A DNA stretch of 14,480 bases from an uncultured Pseudomonadota bacterium (GTDB taxonomy: Bacteria > Pseudomonadota > Alphaproteobacteria > JACZXZ01), in the NCBI GenBank assembly GCA_963749075.1, contig CAVVLJ010000010.1, positions 1 to 14,480 on the forward strand, written 5' to 3'. The position numbers were made by a program, and so were the translations under genes. Of this stretch, positions 6,835-14,480 are shown piece by piece (positions within the stretch are counted from its first letter, which is position 1; each line of letters starts with the position of its first letter). Below the pieces are notes generated by a model. That model was not told the origin of the DNA. It searched no databases and worked only from the letters and a program-made list of their open reading frames with translations.

Positions 6835-6894
6835 CGCGGCAAACTCCGCACTCAACCCCCGAGAGAAGCCCCCGGGAATGCCAGAGAGGCCACG

Positions 6895-7734
6895 ATGACC
6901 GAAGCACCCGCGCTCATGGCCGGCAAGAGCGGCCTCATCCTGGGAGTGGCGAACGACCGTTCGCTGGCGTGGGGCATCGCCAAGACGCTCGCGTCCCATG
7001 GGGCCAAGCTTGCCATCACCTATCAAATCCCGCAGCTCGAGCGGCGCGTGCGGCCGCTTGCGGAGTCCGTGGGCGCCCCGCTCGTGCTGCCCTGCGATGT
7101 GTCGGATGCGGGAAGCCTCGATGCCGTCTTCGCCGCGATGGAGAAGGCGTGGGGCTCGATCGACTTCGTCGTGCATGCGATCGCCTTTTCCGACCGCAAC
7201 GAGCTCACCGGAAAATACGTCGACACCAGCCGGGACAACTTCGTCCAGACCATGCTGGTCTCGTGCTACTCTTTCACGGACCTCGCGCGTCGCGCCGTCA
7301 AATTGATGCCTCGCGGGGGCGGCTTGCTGACGCTGTCTTACTACGGCGCCGAGAAGGTGATGCCTCATTACAATGTCATGGGCGTCGCCAAGGCGGCGCT
7401 CGAGGCCAGCGTGCGCTACCTCGCGGCCGATCTGGGCGGCCAGCAGGTGCGCGTGAATGCGATCTCGGCCGGCCCGGTCAAGACGCTTGCGTCCGCGGGC
7501 ATCGGCGACTTCCGTTATATCCTGAAGTGGAACGAGCTCAACGCGCCGCTCAAGCGCAACATTACGACCGAGCAGGTGGGGGCTTCGGCGCTTTATCTCC
7601 TGAGCGATCTCGGGAGCGGAGTTACCGGCGAGGTCCATCACGTCGACGGCGGTTACCATGTCGTCGGCATGCTGGCGGTCGATGCCGCTGTCGAGGTGAG
7701 GGAGATGCTGAAGACCTTCAAGGCCGGCCCCTGA
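6895..7734 (+). CDS. fabI: Enoyl-[acyl-carrier-protein] reductase
   Basis: [28 protein letters not shown], catalytic [36 protein letters not shown] and GEVHHVDGG. Confidence 0.97.
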   Translation: MTEAPALMAGKSGLILGVANDRSLAWGIAKTLASHGAKLAITYQIPQLERRVRPLAESVGAPLVLPCDVSDAGSLDAVFAAMEKAWGSIDFVVHAIAFSDRNELTGKYVDTSRDNFVQTMLVSCYSFTDLARRAVKLMPRGGGLLTLSYYGAEKVMPHYNVMGVAKAALEASVRYLAADLGGQQVRVNAISAGPVKTLASAGIGDFRYILKWNELNAPLKRNITTEQVGASALYLLSDLGSGVTGEVHHVDGGYHVVGMLAVDAAVEVREMLKTFKAGP

Positions 7735-7736
7735 TC

Positions 7737-8810
7737 ATGCCCGGCAACAGCTTCGGCCACGCCTTCCGCTACACGAGCTGGGGCGAGAGTCACGGCCCGG
7801 CGATCGGCTGCGTCGTCGACGGGGCACCGCCGAAAATCCCGCTCGTGGAGGCCGACATCCAGCAGTGGCTCGACAAGCGCCGCCCCGGCCAGTCGCGCTT
7901 TACGAGCCAGCGACGCGAGCCGGATCAGGTCAGGATCCTCTCGGGCACCTTCGAGGGTCTGACCACGGGCACGCCGATCTCGCTTCTCATCGAGAACGTC
8001 GACCAGCGCGCAAAGGACTACAGCGACATCAAGGACCTGTTCCGCCCCGGCCACGCCGACTTCACTTATCAGGCCAAGTACGGCATCCGGGACTATCGCG
8101 GCGGCGGACGGGCGTCCGCGCGCGAGACCGCGTGTCGCGTGGCCGCGGGTGCCGTGGCGCGCAAGGTGCTCGGCCCGGGCGTGCTGATCCGCGGCGCCAT
8201 GATCCAGATGGGCCCGCACAAGATCGACCGCGAGCGCTGGAGCTGGCAAGCGGTCGGGGAGAACCCCTTCTTCTGCCCCGACGCAGATGCCGCCAAGGCG
8301 TGGGAGGCCGAGCTCGACGCCGTGCGCAAGCGCGGCTCGTCGCTGGGTGCCGTGGTCGAGATCGTCGCCTCCGGCGTGCCGGCCGGCCTCGGCGAGCCGG
8401 TCTACGACAAGCTCGACGCCGACCTCGCGCGAGCGATGATGAGCATCAATGCGGTCAAGGCGGTCGAGATCGGCGACGGCTTCGCCGGCGTGGCCACCCC
8501 CGGCGAGGCGGCGCACGACGAGATGCGCATGGTGGACGGCAAGCCGAGCTTCTTGACCAATCGCGCGGGCGGCACCCTCGGCGGCATCTCGACGGGAGAG
8601 GACGTGGTGGTGCGCTTCGCCGTCAAGCCGACCAGCTCGCTCCTCATTCCACAGCGCGGCGTCAACCTCCGCGGCGAGGATGTGGAGGTCGTCACCAAGG
8701 GCCGCCACGATCCCTGCGTGGGGATGCGCGCCGTGCCGGTGGGCGAGGCAATGATGGCGCTCGTGCTGGCCGACCACATGCTGCGCCAGCGCGCCCAGTG
8801 CGGCGCCTGA
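7737..8810 (+). CDS. aroC: Chorismate synthase
   Basis: Start MPGNSFG 2 nt after the fabI stop; signatures [39 protein letters not shown] and GRHDPC. Confidence 0.97.
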   Translation: MPGNSFGHAFRYTSWGESHGPAIGCVVDGAPPKIPLVEADIQQWLDKRRPGQSRFTSQRREPDQVRILSGTFEGLTTGTPISLLIENVDQRAKDYSDIKDLFRPGHADFTYQAKYGIRDYRGGGRASARETACRVAAGAVARKVLGPGVLIRGAMIQMGPHKIDRERWSWQAVGENPFFCPDADAAKAWEAELDAVRKRGSSLGAVVEIVASGVPAGLGEPVYDKLDADLARAMMSINAVKAVEIGDGFAGVATPGEAAHDEMRMVDGKPSFLTNRAGGTLGGISTGEDVVVRFAVKPTSSLLIPQRGVNLRGEDVEVVTKGRHDPCVGMRAVPVGEAMMALVLADHMLRQRAQCGA

Positions 8811-8913
8811 AGCAGGGGCCGCTGGCGCATCGCCTGCGGCGCTCGAACCGACTTTCGCGCGCTCGCGGCTCGGCGCCTTCGGATCGCGAGCCGCGGGATG
8901 AGGAGGATCGTTC

Positions 8914-10704
8914 ATGCGTTGGCTGAAACGGGTCGTCGTCGGTTTCTTCGCGCTCGTCGGCGTCATGACCGTGTGCCTGGCGCTGCTCGCCGTCTGGCTC
9001 GGCGCGAGCCTCCTGGCGCCCTCGCCGCGCGCGGTACCCGAGGCCACAGCACTCGAGCTCGATCTCACCAAGGCCCCCGCCGAGGCCGGATCCGGGGGCG
9101 GCATCGTCGACCTCCTCTCGCCCAAGCGCATGACGCTGCGCCAGATCGAGGAGGCGCTCGAGCGCGCGGGCCGCGACGATCGCGTCAAGGGCCTCGTCGT
9201 CCGCCTCGGCGAGTCGTTCAGCTACGCGACGAACGAGGAGCTGCGCGATGCGATCACCGCCTTCCGCAAGCGCGGCAAGTTCACGATCGCCTTCGCCGAG
9301 AGCTATGGAGAGGTCGGCAGCGGCAGCGGCGGCTATCCGATCGCGGCCGCATGCGAGGAGGTCTGGCTGCAGCCCTCGGGCGAGGTGAACCTCGTCGGCG
9401 TCATCGCGGAAACCCCGTTTCTCAGGGGCACCCTCGACAAGCTCGGCATCGTACCGCGCGCCGACAAGCGCGAGGAGTACAAGACCGCGCTCGACGAGCT
9501 GACCGATACCGCCTATAGCCCGGCGTTCAAGGAGTCGCTGCAAAGCATCCTCGGCTCGCTTTACGACCAGCTCGCCCAAGCGGTCGCGGATGGCCGCGGG
9601 CTCGGCGCCGATGCGACGAAGGCGCTCATCGACCGCGGGCCATTCCTCGCAGAGGATGCCGTCGCCGCCAAGCTCGTCGACCGCCTCGGCTATCACGACG
9701 AGACGCGGGACGCAGCTAGACGGCGTGCCGGCCCCGGCGGCAAGCTGATGCAGCTCTCCGACTATTTCCGCGCGACCCGCGATGGCTCGGGCGAAGGGCC
9801 CGTCATTGCGATGATCGCCGCGAGCGGGCCGATCGTCTCGGGCTCGAGCGGGTTCGACGACGCCTTCGGCGTCACCCGGATCGGCGCCGACACGCTTTCG
9901 GACACGATCGACGAGGCGGTGCGGTCGAGCGACGTGTCGGCGATCCTCCTGCGCATCGACAGCCCGGGAGGGTCCTATGTCGCGTCCGACACCATCTGGC
10001 GCGCGGTCGATCGCGCCAAGGCGGCGGGCAAGCCGGTCATCGTCTCGATGGGCGATGTCGCCGCCTCGGGCGGCTACCTCATCGCGCTACCCGCCACCAA
10101 GATCGTCGCGGAGCCCGGAACGCTGACCGCCTCGATCGGTGTCTTCGGCGGCAAGCTGGTGATCAAGGGTTTGTTCGAAAAGCTGGGTATCAGCGTCGAT
10201 TCGGTCCAGTTCGGCAGCAATGCCGCGATGTGGAGCTCGGACCAGGACTTCACGCCCGAGGGCTGGAGCCGCCTCGAGGCCTCGCTCGATAAGGTGTACA
10301 AGGACTTCACCAGCAAGGTGGTGGCGGCGCGAGGCCTCGATGCGAGCCGCATTCCCGAGATCGCCAAGGGACGCGTCTTCACCGGGGCCCAGGCCCAGAA
10401 GCTCGGGCTCGTCGATGCGCTCGGCGGCTTTCCCCAGGCGCTCGAGCTCGCCCGCGAGGCGCTTCACCTCAAGCCCGAGGAGTCCGTGCAATTGCGCGAG
10501 TATCCGCCGCGCGGGCGCGAGTTCCGCGAGCTTTTGCACCGGCTCATCGCCGGCGAGGGCATAGCTGCAGCGCCGCTTGCGAGCACGCTCGCACGCGAGC
10601 TCGCGGCACCTGCGGCGGCGCTCGGCCCGCTCGTGGCCGAGCTGCCCGCCTTGACCCGTCCGGGCGAGGCCTGGCTCCTGATGCCCCCGCTCGAGGTGCG
10701 CTGA
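8914..10704 (+). CDS. sppA: Signal peptide peptidase SppA (protease IV, long two-domain S49 form)
   Basis: GAGGAGG RBS and N-terminal TM helix. EYKTA carries the catalytic Lys and LRIDSPGGS...VSMGDVAASGGY the catalytic Ser; also TLTASIGV, AKGRVFTG and LGLVDALGG. Confidence 0.93.
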   Translation: MRWLKRVVVGFFALVGVMTVCLALLAVWLGASLLAPSPRAVPEATALELDLTKAPAEAGSGGGIVDLLSPKRMTLRQIEEALERAGRDDRVKGLVVRLGESFSYATNEELRDAITAFRKRGKFTIAFAESYGEVGSGSGGYPIAAACEEVWLQPSGEVNLVGVIAETPFLRGTLDKLGIVPRADKREEYKTALDELTDTAYSPAFKESLQSILGSLYDQLAQAVADGRGLGADATKALIDRGPFLAEDAVAAKLVDRLGYHDETRDAARRRAGPGGKLMQLSDYFRATRDGSGEGPVIAMIAASGPIVSGSSGFDDAFGVTRIGADTLSDTIDEAVRSSDVSAILLRIDSPGGSYVASDTIWRAVDRAKAAGKPVIVSMGDVAASGGYLIALPATKIVAEPGTLTASIGVFGGKLVIKGLFEKLGISVDSVQFGSNAAMWSSDQDFTPEGWSRLEASLDKVYKDFTSKVVAARGLDASRIPEIAKGRVFTGAQAQKLGLVDALGGFPQALELAREALHLKPEESVQLREYPPRGREFRELLHRLIAGEGIAAAPLASTLARELAAPAAALGPLVAELPALTRPGEAWLLMPPLEVR

Positions 10705-10779
10705 GCCGCGGCTCGGAACCAAGCCTCGCAGGCGAAACCCCAACCAGCGGGCGACGGTGCCAGCGGAGGAGACCGGCCC

Positions 10780-12405
10780 ATGCCGACGATGACAACCGCC
10801 GAGGCCACGGTCGAAAGCCTGCTTCGCCATGGCATCGATACGGTCTACGGCCTGCCCGGGCTGCACAATGACCCGCTCTTCGATGCCTTCCACGGCGCGC
10901 AAGACCGCCTGCGCGTGCTCCACACGCGGCACGAGCAGACTGCGTCCTACATGGCGCTCGGTGCCGCATTGGCGACGGGCAAGCCCCAGGCTTTCGCGGT
11001 CGTCCCGGGCCCCGGCTTCCTCAACGCGAGTGCGGCACTGCTCACGGCCTACGGCATGAATGCGCCGGTCGTGGCCCTCGTCGGCCAGATCCCCCAGGCG
11101 GACATCGATCGCGGCCACGGCCATCTCCACGAGATCGCCGACCAGATCGGCGTCGCACGACATTTCGCGAAATTCGCGGCCCGCATCCGCGCTCCCCATG
11201 AGGCACCGCTCCTCATCGCCGAGGCGATCGAGAGCGCGTGCTCGGGCCGGCCCGGCCCGGCCGTGGTGGAATGCGCGATCGACGTATGGGGCCGCAGGGG
11301 TGCCGTTGAAATTCCCGAGCGGCCCAGAGCCTTACAGCGCCCGCCCATCGACGAGGACGCGCTCGAAGCCGCCGCCAAGATCCTCGGCGGCGCCAAGCGC
11401 CCGCTGATCGTGCTCGGCGGCGGCGCGCAAGGCGCCAGCGCGGAAGTGACAGCACTCGCCGAGCTCCTCGAGGCGCCGGCCGTCGCCTACCGCCGAGGCC
11501 AGGGCGTGCTGCCTGCAACGCACCGGCTCAGCATCAACCTGCCCATCGCGCACCGGCTCTGGGCCGAGGCCGACGCGGTGCTTGCCGTTGGCACCCGGCT
11601 CTTCATGCAGCAGAGCCAATGGGGAGTGGACGGCGATCTCAAGATCGTGCGCATCGACATCGACGCCGAGGCCGCGGAACGCTTCAAGAAGCCGGCAGTC
11701 GCCCTCATCGGCGACGCGGCGGACTACGCCAAGGCGCTCTTGGCACGGCTGCCGGCGCACAACCGCCCGCGCGCGTCGCGCGGCGACGAGCTCGCGCTTG
11801 AGCGCGCCTGGATGGTCGAGCGGCTCAAGCGCCTCGAGCCGCAGCTGAGCTTCCTCAAGGCGATCCGAGCGGCGCTCCCGAAGGACGGCATCTTCGTCGA
11901 CGAGGTGACGCAGGTCGGCTTCGTCTCCCGGCTTGCCTTTCCGGTGCTCAAGCCGCGCACCTTCCTCTCGCCCGGCTACCAGGACAATCTCGGCTGGGGC
12001 TACGGCGCAGCACTCGGCGTCAAGGCGGCCAAACCCGCCCAAGCCGTGCTCGCCATCGCCGGCGACGGCGGCTTCCTCTACCAAGTGGGCGAGCTCGCGA
12101 CCGCCCGTCAGCACAATCTGGCCGTCGTCGTCGTGGTCTTCGACAACGGCAGCTTCGGCAACGTCCGGCGCATCCAGGAGGAGCAGTACGGCAACCGCAC
12201 GATCGCCTGCGATCTCACGAACCCCGACTTCCTGAAGCTCGCAGAGGCGTTCGGCGTCGCCGGCTTCCGCGCGCGCGACGGGCGCGAGCTCGAGCGCGCC
12301 CTGGGCGAGGCCCTGGCCCTCGGCAAGCCCGCCCTCGTCCACGTCCCGTGCGGCGCGATGCCGAGCCCGTGGGACATGATCCTCATGCCGCGGGTGCGCG
12401 GCTAA
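10780..12405 (+). CDS. Thiamine-diphosphate-dependent enzyme (acetolactate synthase/decarboxylase superfamily, uncharacterised subfamily)
   Basis: GIDTVYGLPG, catalytic-Glu motif TRHEQ, VPGPG and ThDP/Mg motif GDGGFLY...VVFDNGSFGNV; no adjacent IlvH/IlvN small subunit gene. Confidence 0.92.
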   Translation: MPTMTTAEATVESLLRHGIDTVYGLPGLHNDPLFDAFHGAQDRLRVLHTRHEQTASYMALGAALATGKPQAFAVVPGPGFLNASAALLTAYGMNAPVVALVGQIPQADIDRGHGHLHEIADQIGVARHFAKFAARIRAPHEAPLLIAEAIESACSGRPGPAVVECAIDVWGRRGAVEIPERPRALQRPPIDEDALEAAAKILGGAKRPLIVLGGGAQGASAEVTALAELLEAPAVAYRRGQGVLPATHRLSINLPIAHRLWAEADAVLAVGTRLFMQQSQWGVDGDLKIVRIDIDAEAAERFKKPAVALIGDAADYAKALLARLPAHNRPRASRGDELALERAWMVERLKRLEPQLSFLKAIRAALPKDGIFVDEVTQVGFVSRLAFPVLKPRTFLSPGYQDNLGWGYGAALGVKAAKPAQAVLAIAGDGGFLYQVGELATARQHNLAVVVVVFDNGSFGNVRRIQEEQYGNRTIACDLTNPDFLKLAEAFGVAGFRARDGRELERALGEALALGKPALVHVPCGAMPSPWDMILMPRVRG

Positions 12406-12413
12406 ATGGCATC

Positions 12414-12458
12414 TTGATTCAATATCCTGGCCATACCAAATAATAATGGTGGTAGAAT
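12414..12458 (+). promoter_or_regulatory. AT-rich promoter/operator region of the second secreted protein
   Basis: Extended -10 TGGTAGAAT (12450-12458), inverted repeat ACCA-N8-TGGT (12435-12450) and TTGA-T-TCAA (12414-12422). Confidence 0.4.
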
Positions 12459-12523
12459 TTCCCTCGTTCGCAGCGCCGGCGAGGCGCTTGCCTCTCAAGA
12501 GGCCCGTCCAAAGGACCACCGCC

Positions 12524-12946
12524 ATGCCCCACACCGCCATTTCACGCCTCGCGCGAGTTTTCGGCCGCCTTGGCCTGGCTCTCATGCTGGCCTGCGGCGT
12601 GCTCTTCCTCGCCCTTCCTGCACAAGCGCAGAGGCATGGAGGGGGCGGCTTTCATGGCGGCGGCGGCTGGCACGGCGGCGGCTGGCGCGGCGGCTATTGC
12701 TGCGGCCTGGGCTTCGGCTTCTGGGGCTGGCCCTATTACCCGTACCCCTATTATCCAGACTACTACGGCTACCCCGACTATTATCCGCCCGTAGCGCCGG
12801 CCACGGTCGTCCCGCAGGCTCCGGCGACGGCGGCGCCGGCGCAGTCCATGTGGTACTATTGCGACAGCTCCAAGGCCTATTACCCCTACGTGCAATCCTG
12901 CAGCACGGCTTGGCGCCAGGTCCCGGCGACCCCGCCCAAGCAATAG
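12524..12946 (+). CDS. Hypothetical secreted Gly/Tyr/Pro-rich protein with C-terminal WYYC...YYPYV..C...WRQVPATP domain (140 aa)
   Basis: AAGGA upstream; signal peptide ending ALPAQA; HGGGG repeats and YP/YPDY repeats; C-terminal domain collinear with that of 5648-6073. Confidence 0.85.
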   Translation: MPHTAISRLARVFGRLGLALMLACGVLFLALPAQAQRHGGGGFHGGGGWHGGGWRGGYCCGLGFGFWGWPYYPYPYYPDYYGYPDYYPPVAPATVVPQAPATAAPAQSMWYYCDSSKAYYPYVQSCSTAWRQVPATPPKQ

Positions 12947-12992
12947 CGCGGGGGCCCATCTCCTCGCGATAGCGGCGGCGCGCCGGCTGCCC

Positions 12993-13862
12993 TTACGCGC
13001 GCGCGCCTGAGGGCGGCAGCGCCCGGATCTTCTCGAGCACCGGCAAGATGTAGGTGCGGAAGCGCGCCGGGTTCTCGCTCATCGGGAAATGCCCGACCTC
13101 CTTCATGATGGCGACCTCCACACCCGGTATCCGTGCCGCCGTGCGCAAGGTGTCGGCCGGCTCGCAGGAGAAATCATACTCGCCGGTCAAGAGGAAGAGC
13201 GGGCAGCGCCTTGTGTCGATGCGGCCGATGCGGTCGCGCAAGTCGGCGTCCACGCGGTAGAAATAGAGATCTCCCTTGAACACGCCGGGACCGCCTTGCA
13301 TGTAGTGCCAGAGCGTCTCATGGCGGAAGGGCGCGGGGCTTTGAGGTGCGATGAGTCCTGAGACGAGTGCCGCGCACACCCTGCCGCCATGCACGTCGGG
13401 CCGGTCGAGCCAATCCGTGTCGTACCAGGGTGACTGGAAGTCGGCGGCCTCGAGGCCGATAAGGGCGCGGAACTCGGCCGCGTGCTCGATCGCGAGATGG
13501 AGCACCAGGCGGCCGCCGATGGAGCAGCCCATCACGACCGGCCGCTCGAGCTCGAGTGCCTGGCAGAAGGCCCGCACGATCTCGGCGTAGCCCGCCGTGG
13601 TGAGGCGGTACTCCGCACTCTCCCATCCGTCGGGCGGATGGGATTTGCCGTGCCACGGCATGTCGAAGGCCAGCACGCGATAGTGTCGGGTGACCTCCGC
13701 GTCGCACATGAGGTGCCGCCACTGCCGCCCGTCGGCACCCGCCGTATGCAGGCAGACGAGCGGTATGCCGGCGCCGCTTTCCTCGAAATAGACGCGGTGC
13801 GGGCGCCCGCCGATCTCGATCTTCGCATAACGGCCGAGGATGGGCTCGATCTCGGCGCTCAT
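12993..13862 (-). CDS. Alpha/beta-fold hydrolase (289 aa)
   Basis: Start MSAEIEP overlaps the upstream stop (ATGA). PLVCLHTAG, FDMPWHGKS, nucleophile elbow GCSIGG, acid motif GEYD and VGHFPMSENP. Confidence 0.92.
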   Translation of the reverse strand: MSAEIEPILGRYAKIEIGGRPHRVYFEESGAGIPLVCLHTAGADGRQWRHLMCDAEVTRHYRVLAFDMPWHGKSHPPDGWESAEYRLTTAGYAEIVRAFCQALELERPVVMGCSIGGRLVLHLAIEHAAEFRALIGLEAADFQSPWYDTDWLDRPDVHGGRVCAALVSGLIAPQSPAPFRHETLWHYMQGGPGVFKGDLYFYRVDADLRDRIGRIDTRRCPLFLLTGEYDFSCEPADTLRTAARIPGVEVAIMKEVGHFPMSENPARFRTYILPVLEKIRALPPSGARA

Positions 13863-14308
13863 CTCTGCTCTCCCTCGAAGAGGCGGCGGGGGAGTGCCAA
13901 CAGGTCCTTGAAATACTGCAGGTTCGCCATCAGCGGGTAAAGGTCGCCCTCGAGCCTCGCTTCGCCCCGCTTGGTGAGCGCGAAGAGGTCGTGCCAGCCG
14001 GGCTCGGGGAGCGGCCGCCAGAACGCGAGCCAGGCGGGCGCTGGAGCGCGCACGGCGAAGCGCCACGGGCGCATCAGCTGCGGGCCGCGCTCGAGTGCCG
14101 CGAGCCGCCCGGCGGCGATCGACGCGAAGAAGGGCGCGGCGCCGATCTCGCAGAGACACTCCGTCGTGAGATGCCGCCCGCGGCGCGCCAGTCCTTCGTC
14201 CGCGTCGGCAAGCTCGCGAAGTCGCGCGAAGGCTGCGGCGGCCCGTACGTCGACGCCGCTCTCCTCGCCTTTGCCGCGGGTGCTGCCACGCTCGTTGTCG
14301 CTCTTCAT
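13859..14308 (-). CDS. Hypothetical protein, probably SCP2/sterol-carrier-like fold (149 aa)
   Basis: AAGGAGG RBS at 14325-14319 and ATGA coupling to the hydrolase. The pattern W.FW.P.P.PGWHDLFAL.KRG.ARLEGDL..LMANLQYFKDLL recalls the SCP2 C-terminal G-x-x-x-x-x-GD strand; the fold is inferred. Confidence 0.75.
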   Translation of the reverse strand: MKSDNERGSTRGKGEESGVDVRAAAAFARLRELADADEGLARRGRHLTTECLCEIGAAPFFASIAAGRLAALERGPQLMRPWRFAVRAPAPAWLAFWRPLPEPGWHDLFALTKRGEARLEGDLYPLMANLQYFKDLLALPRRLFEGEQR

Positions 14309-14441
14309 GTCGCTCGGGCCTCCTTGAGCGGTCGCTCGGGACCGCATTCCGTTCTCCCCATCATGCGCCCTTATTCGAGCGCTTTTCCGGCGCCGACGCG
14401 AGGCCCGATTTCGCTGGGTAGGGTGGGAACACAGCCCCCCT

Positions 14442-14480
14442 TCAGCGCCTGCTAAACGCCGCCACCAGCTCGAGATGCGG
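14442..14480 (-). CDS. 3' end of a gene running off the window, probably a TrmA/RlmD(RumA)-family RNA m5U methyltransferase
   Basis: Reads PHLELVAAFSRR-stop, matching the H-[VL]-E-x-V-A C-terminal motif of this family; only 12 residues are visible. Confidence 0.5.
   Translation of the reverse strand, partial: PHLELVAAFSRR

Noticed and set aside
6771-8810. Apparent 679-aa N-terminally extended AroC or FabI-AroC fusion
   Set aside because: The extension is an Arg/Pro-rich alternative frame over fabI. fabI has its own stop at 7732-7734 and AroC starts at 7737.
8864-10716. GAGCCGCGG/CGCGGCTCGG words on both sides of sppA as possible target-site duplications
   Set aside because: Short GC-rich words expected by chance; sppA is a housekeeping gene and no mobility gene is present.
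14309-14340. Direct repeat GTCGCTCGGG flanking the RBS of the SCP2-like gene
   Set aside because: Only two 10-bp GC-rich copies, with no further support for a regulatory role.

Overview
Very GC-rich (roughly 70% by eye) chromosomal region, most likely from an alphaproteobacterium; this assignment is inferred from protein style and the pdxH...fabI-aroC gene order. The left block is on the minus strand: pdxH, a FieF/YiiP-type cation diffusion facilitator, a bifunctional APH-like kinase/P-loop protein, a tandem universal stress protein and a short-chain dehydrogenase with compensating frameshifts. The middle block is on the plus strand: a small secreted Gly/Trp/Tyr/Pro-rich protein with a glycine-zipper lipoprotein, then fabI-aroC, sppA, an orphan ThDP-dependent enzyme and a second paralogue of the small secreted protein. 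The right block is on the minus strand: a translationally coupled SCP2-like protein and alpha/beta hydrolase, plus the last codons of a probable TrmA/RlmD RNA methyltransferase. I saw no rRNA, tRNA, CRISPR array or transposase. Best leads: (1) a duplicated secreted 'WYYC...YYPYV..C...WRQVPATP' protein, one copy coupled to a Cys-flanked glycine-zipper lipoprotein; (2) two FNR/FixK class II promoters with identical geometry in front of the kinase and USP genes; (3) a CDF with an N-xxx-D/H-xxx-D metal site suggesting altered, possibly Mn, selectivity; (4) a palindromic element inside the kinase leader; (5) a perfect extended -10 promoter followed by structured, apparently non-coding sequence.
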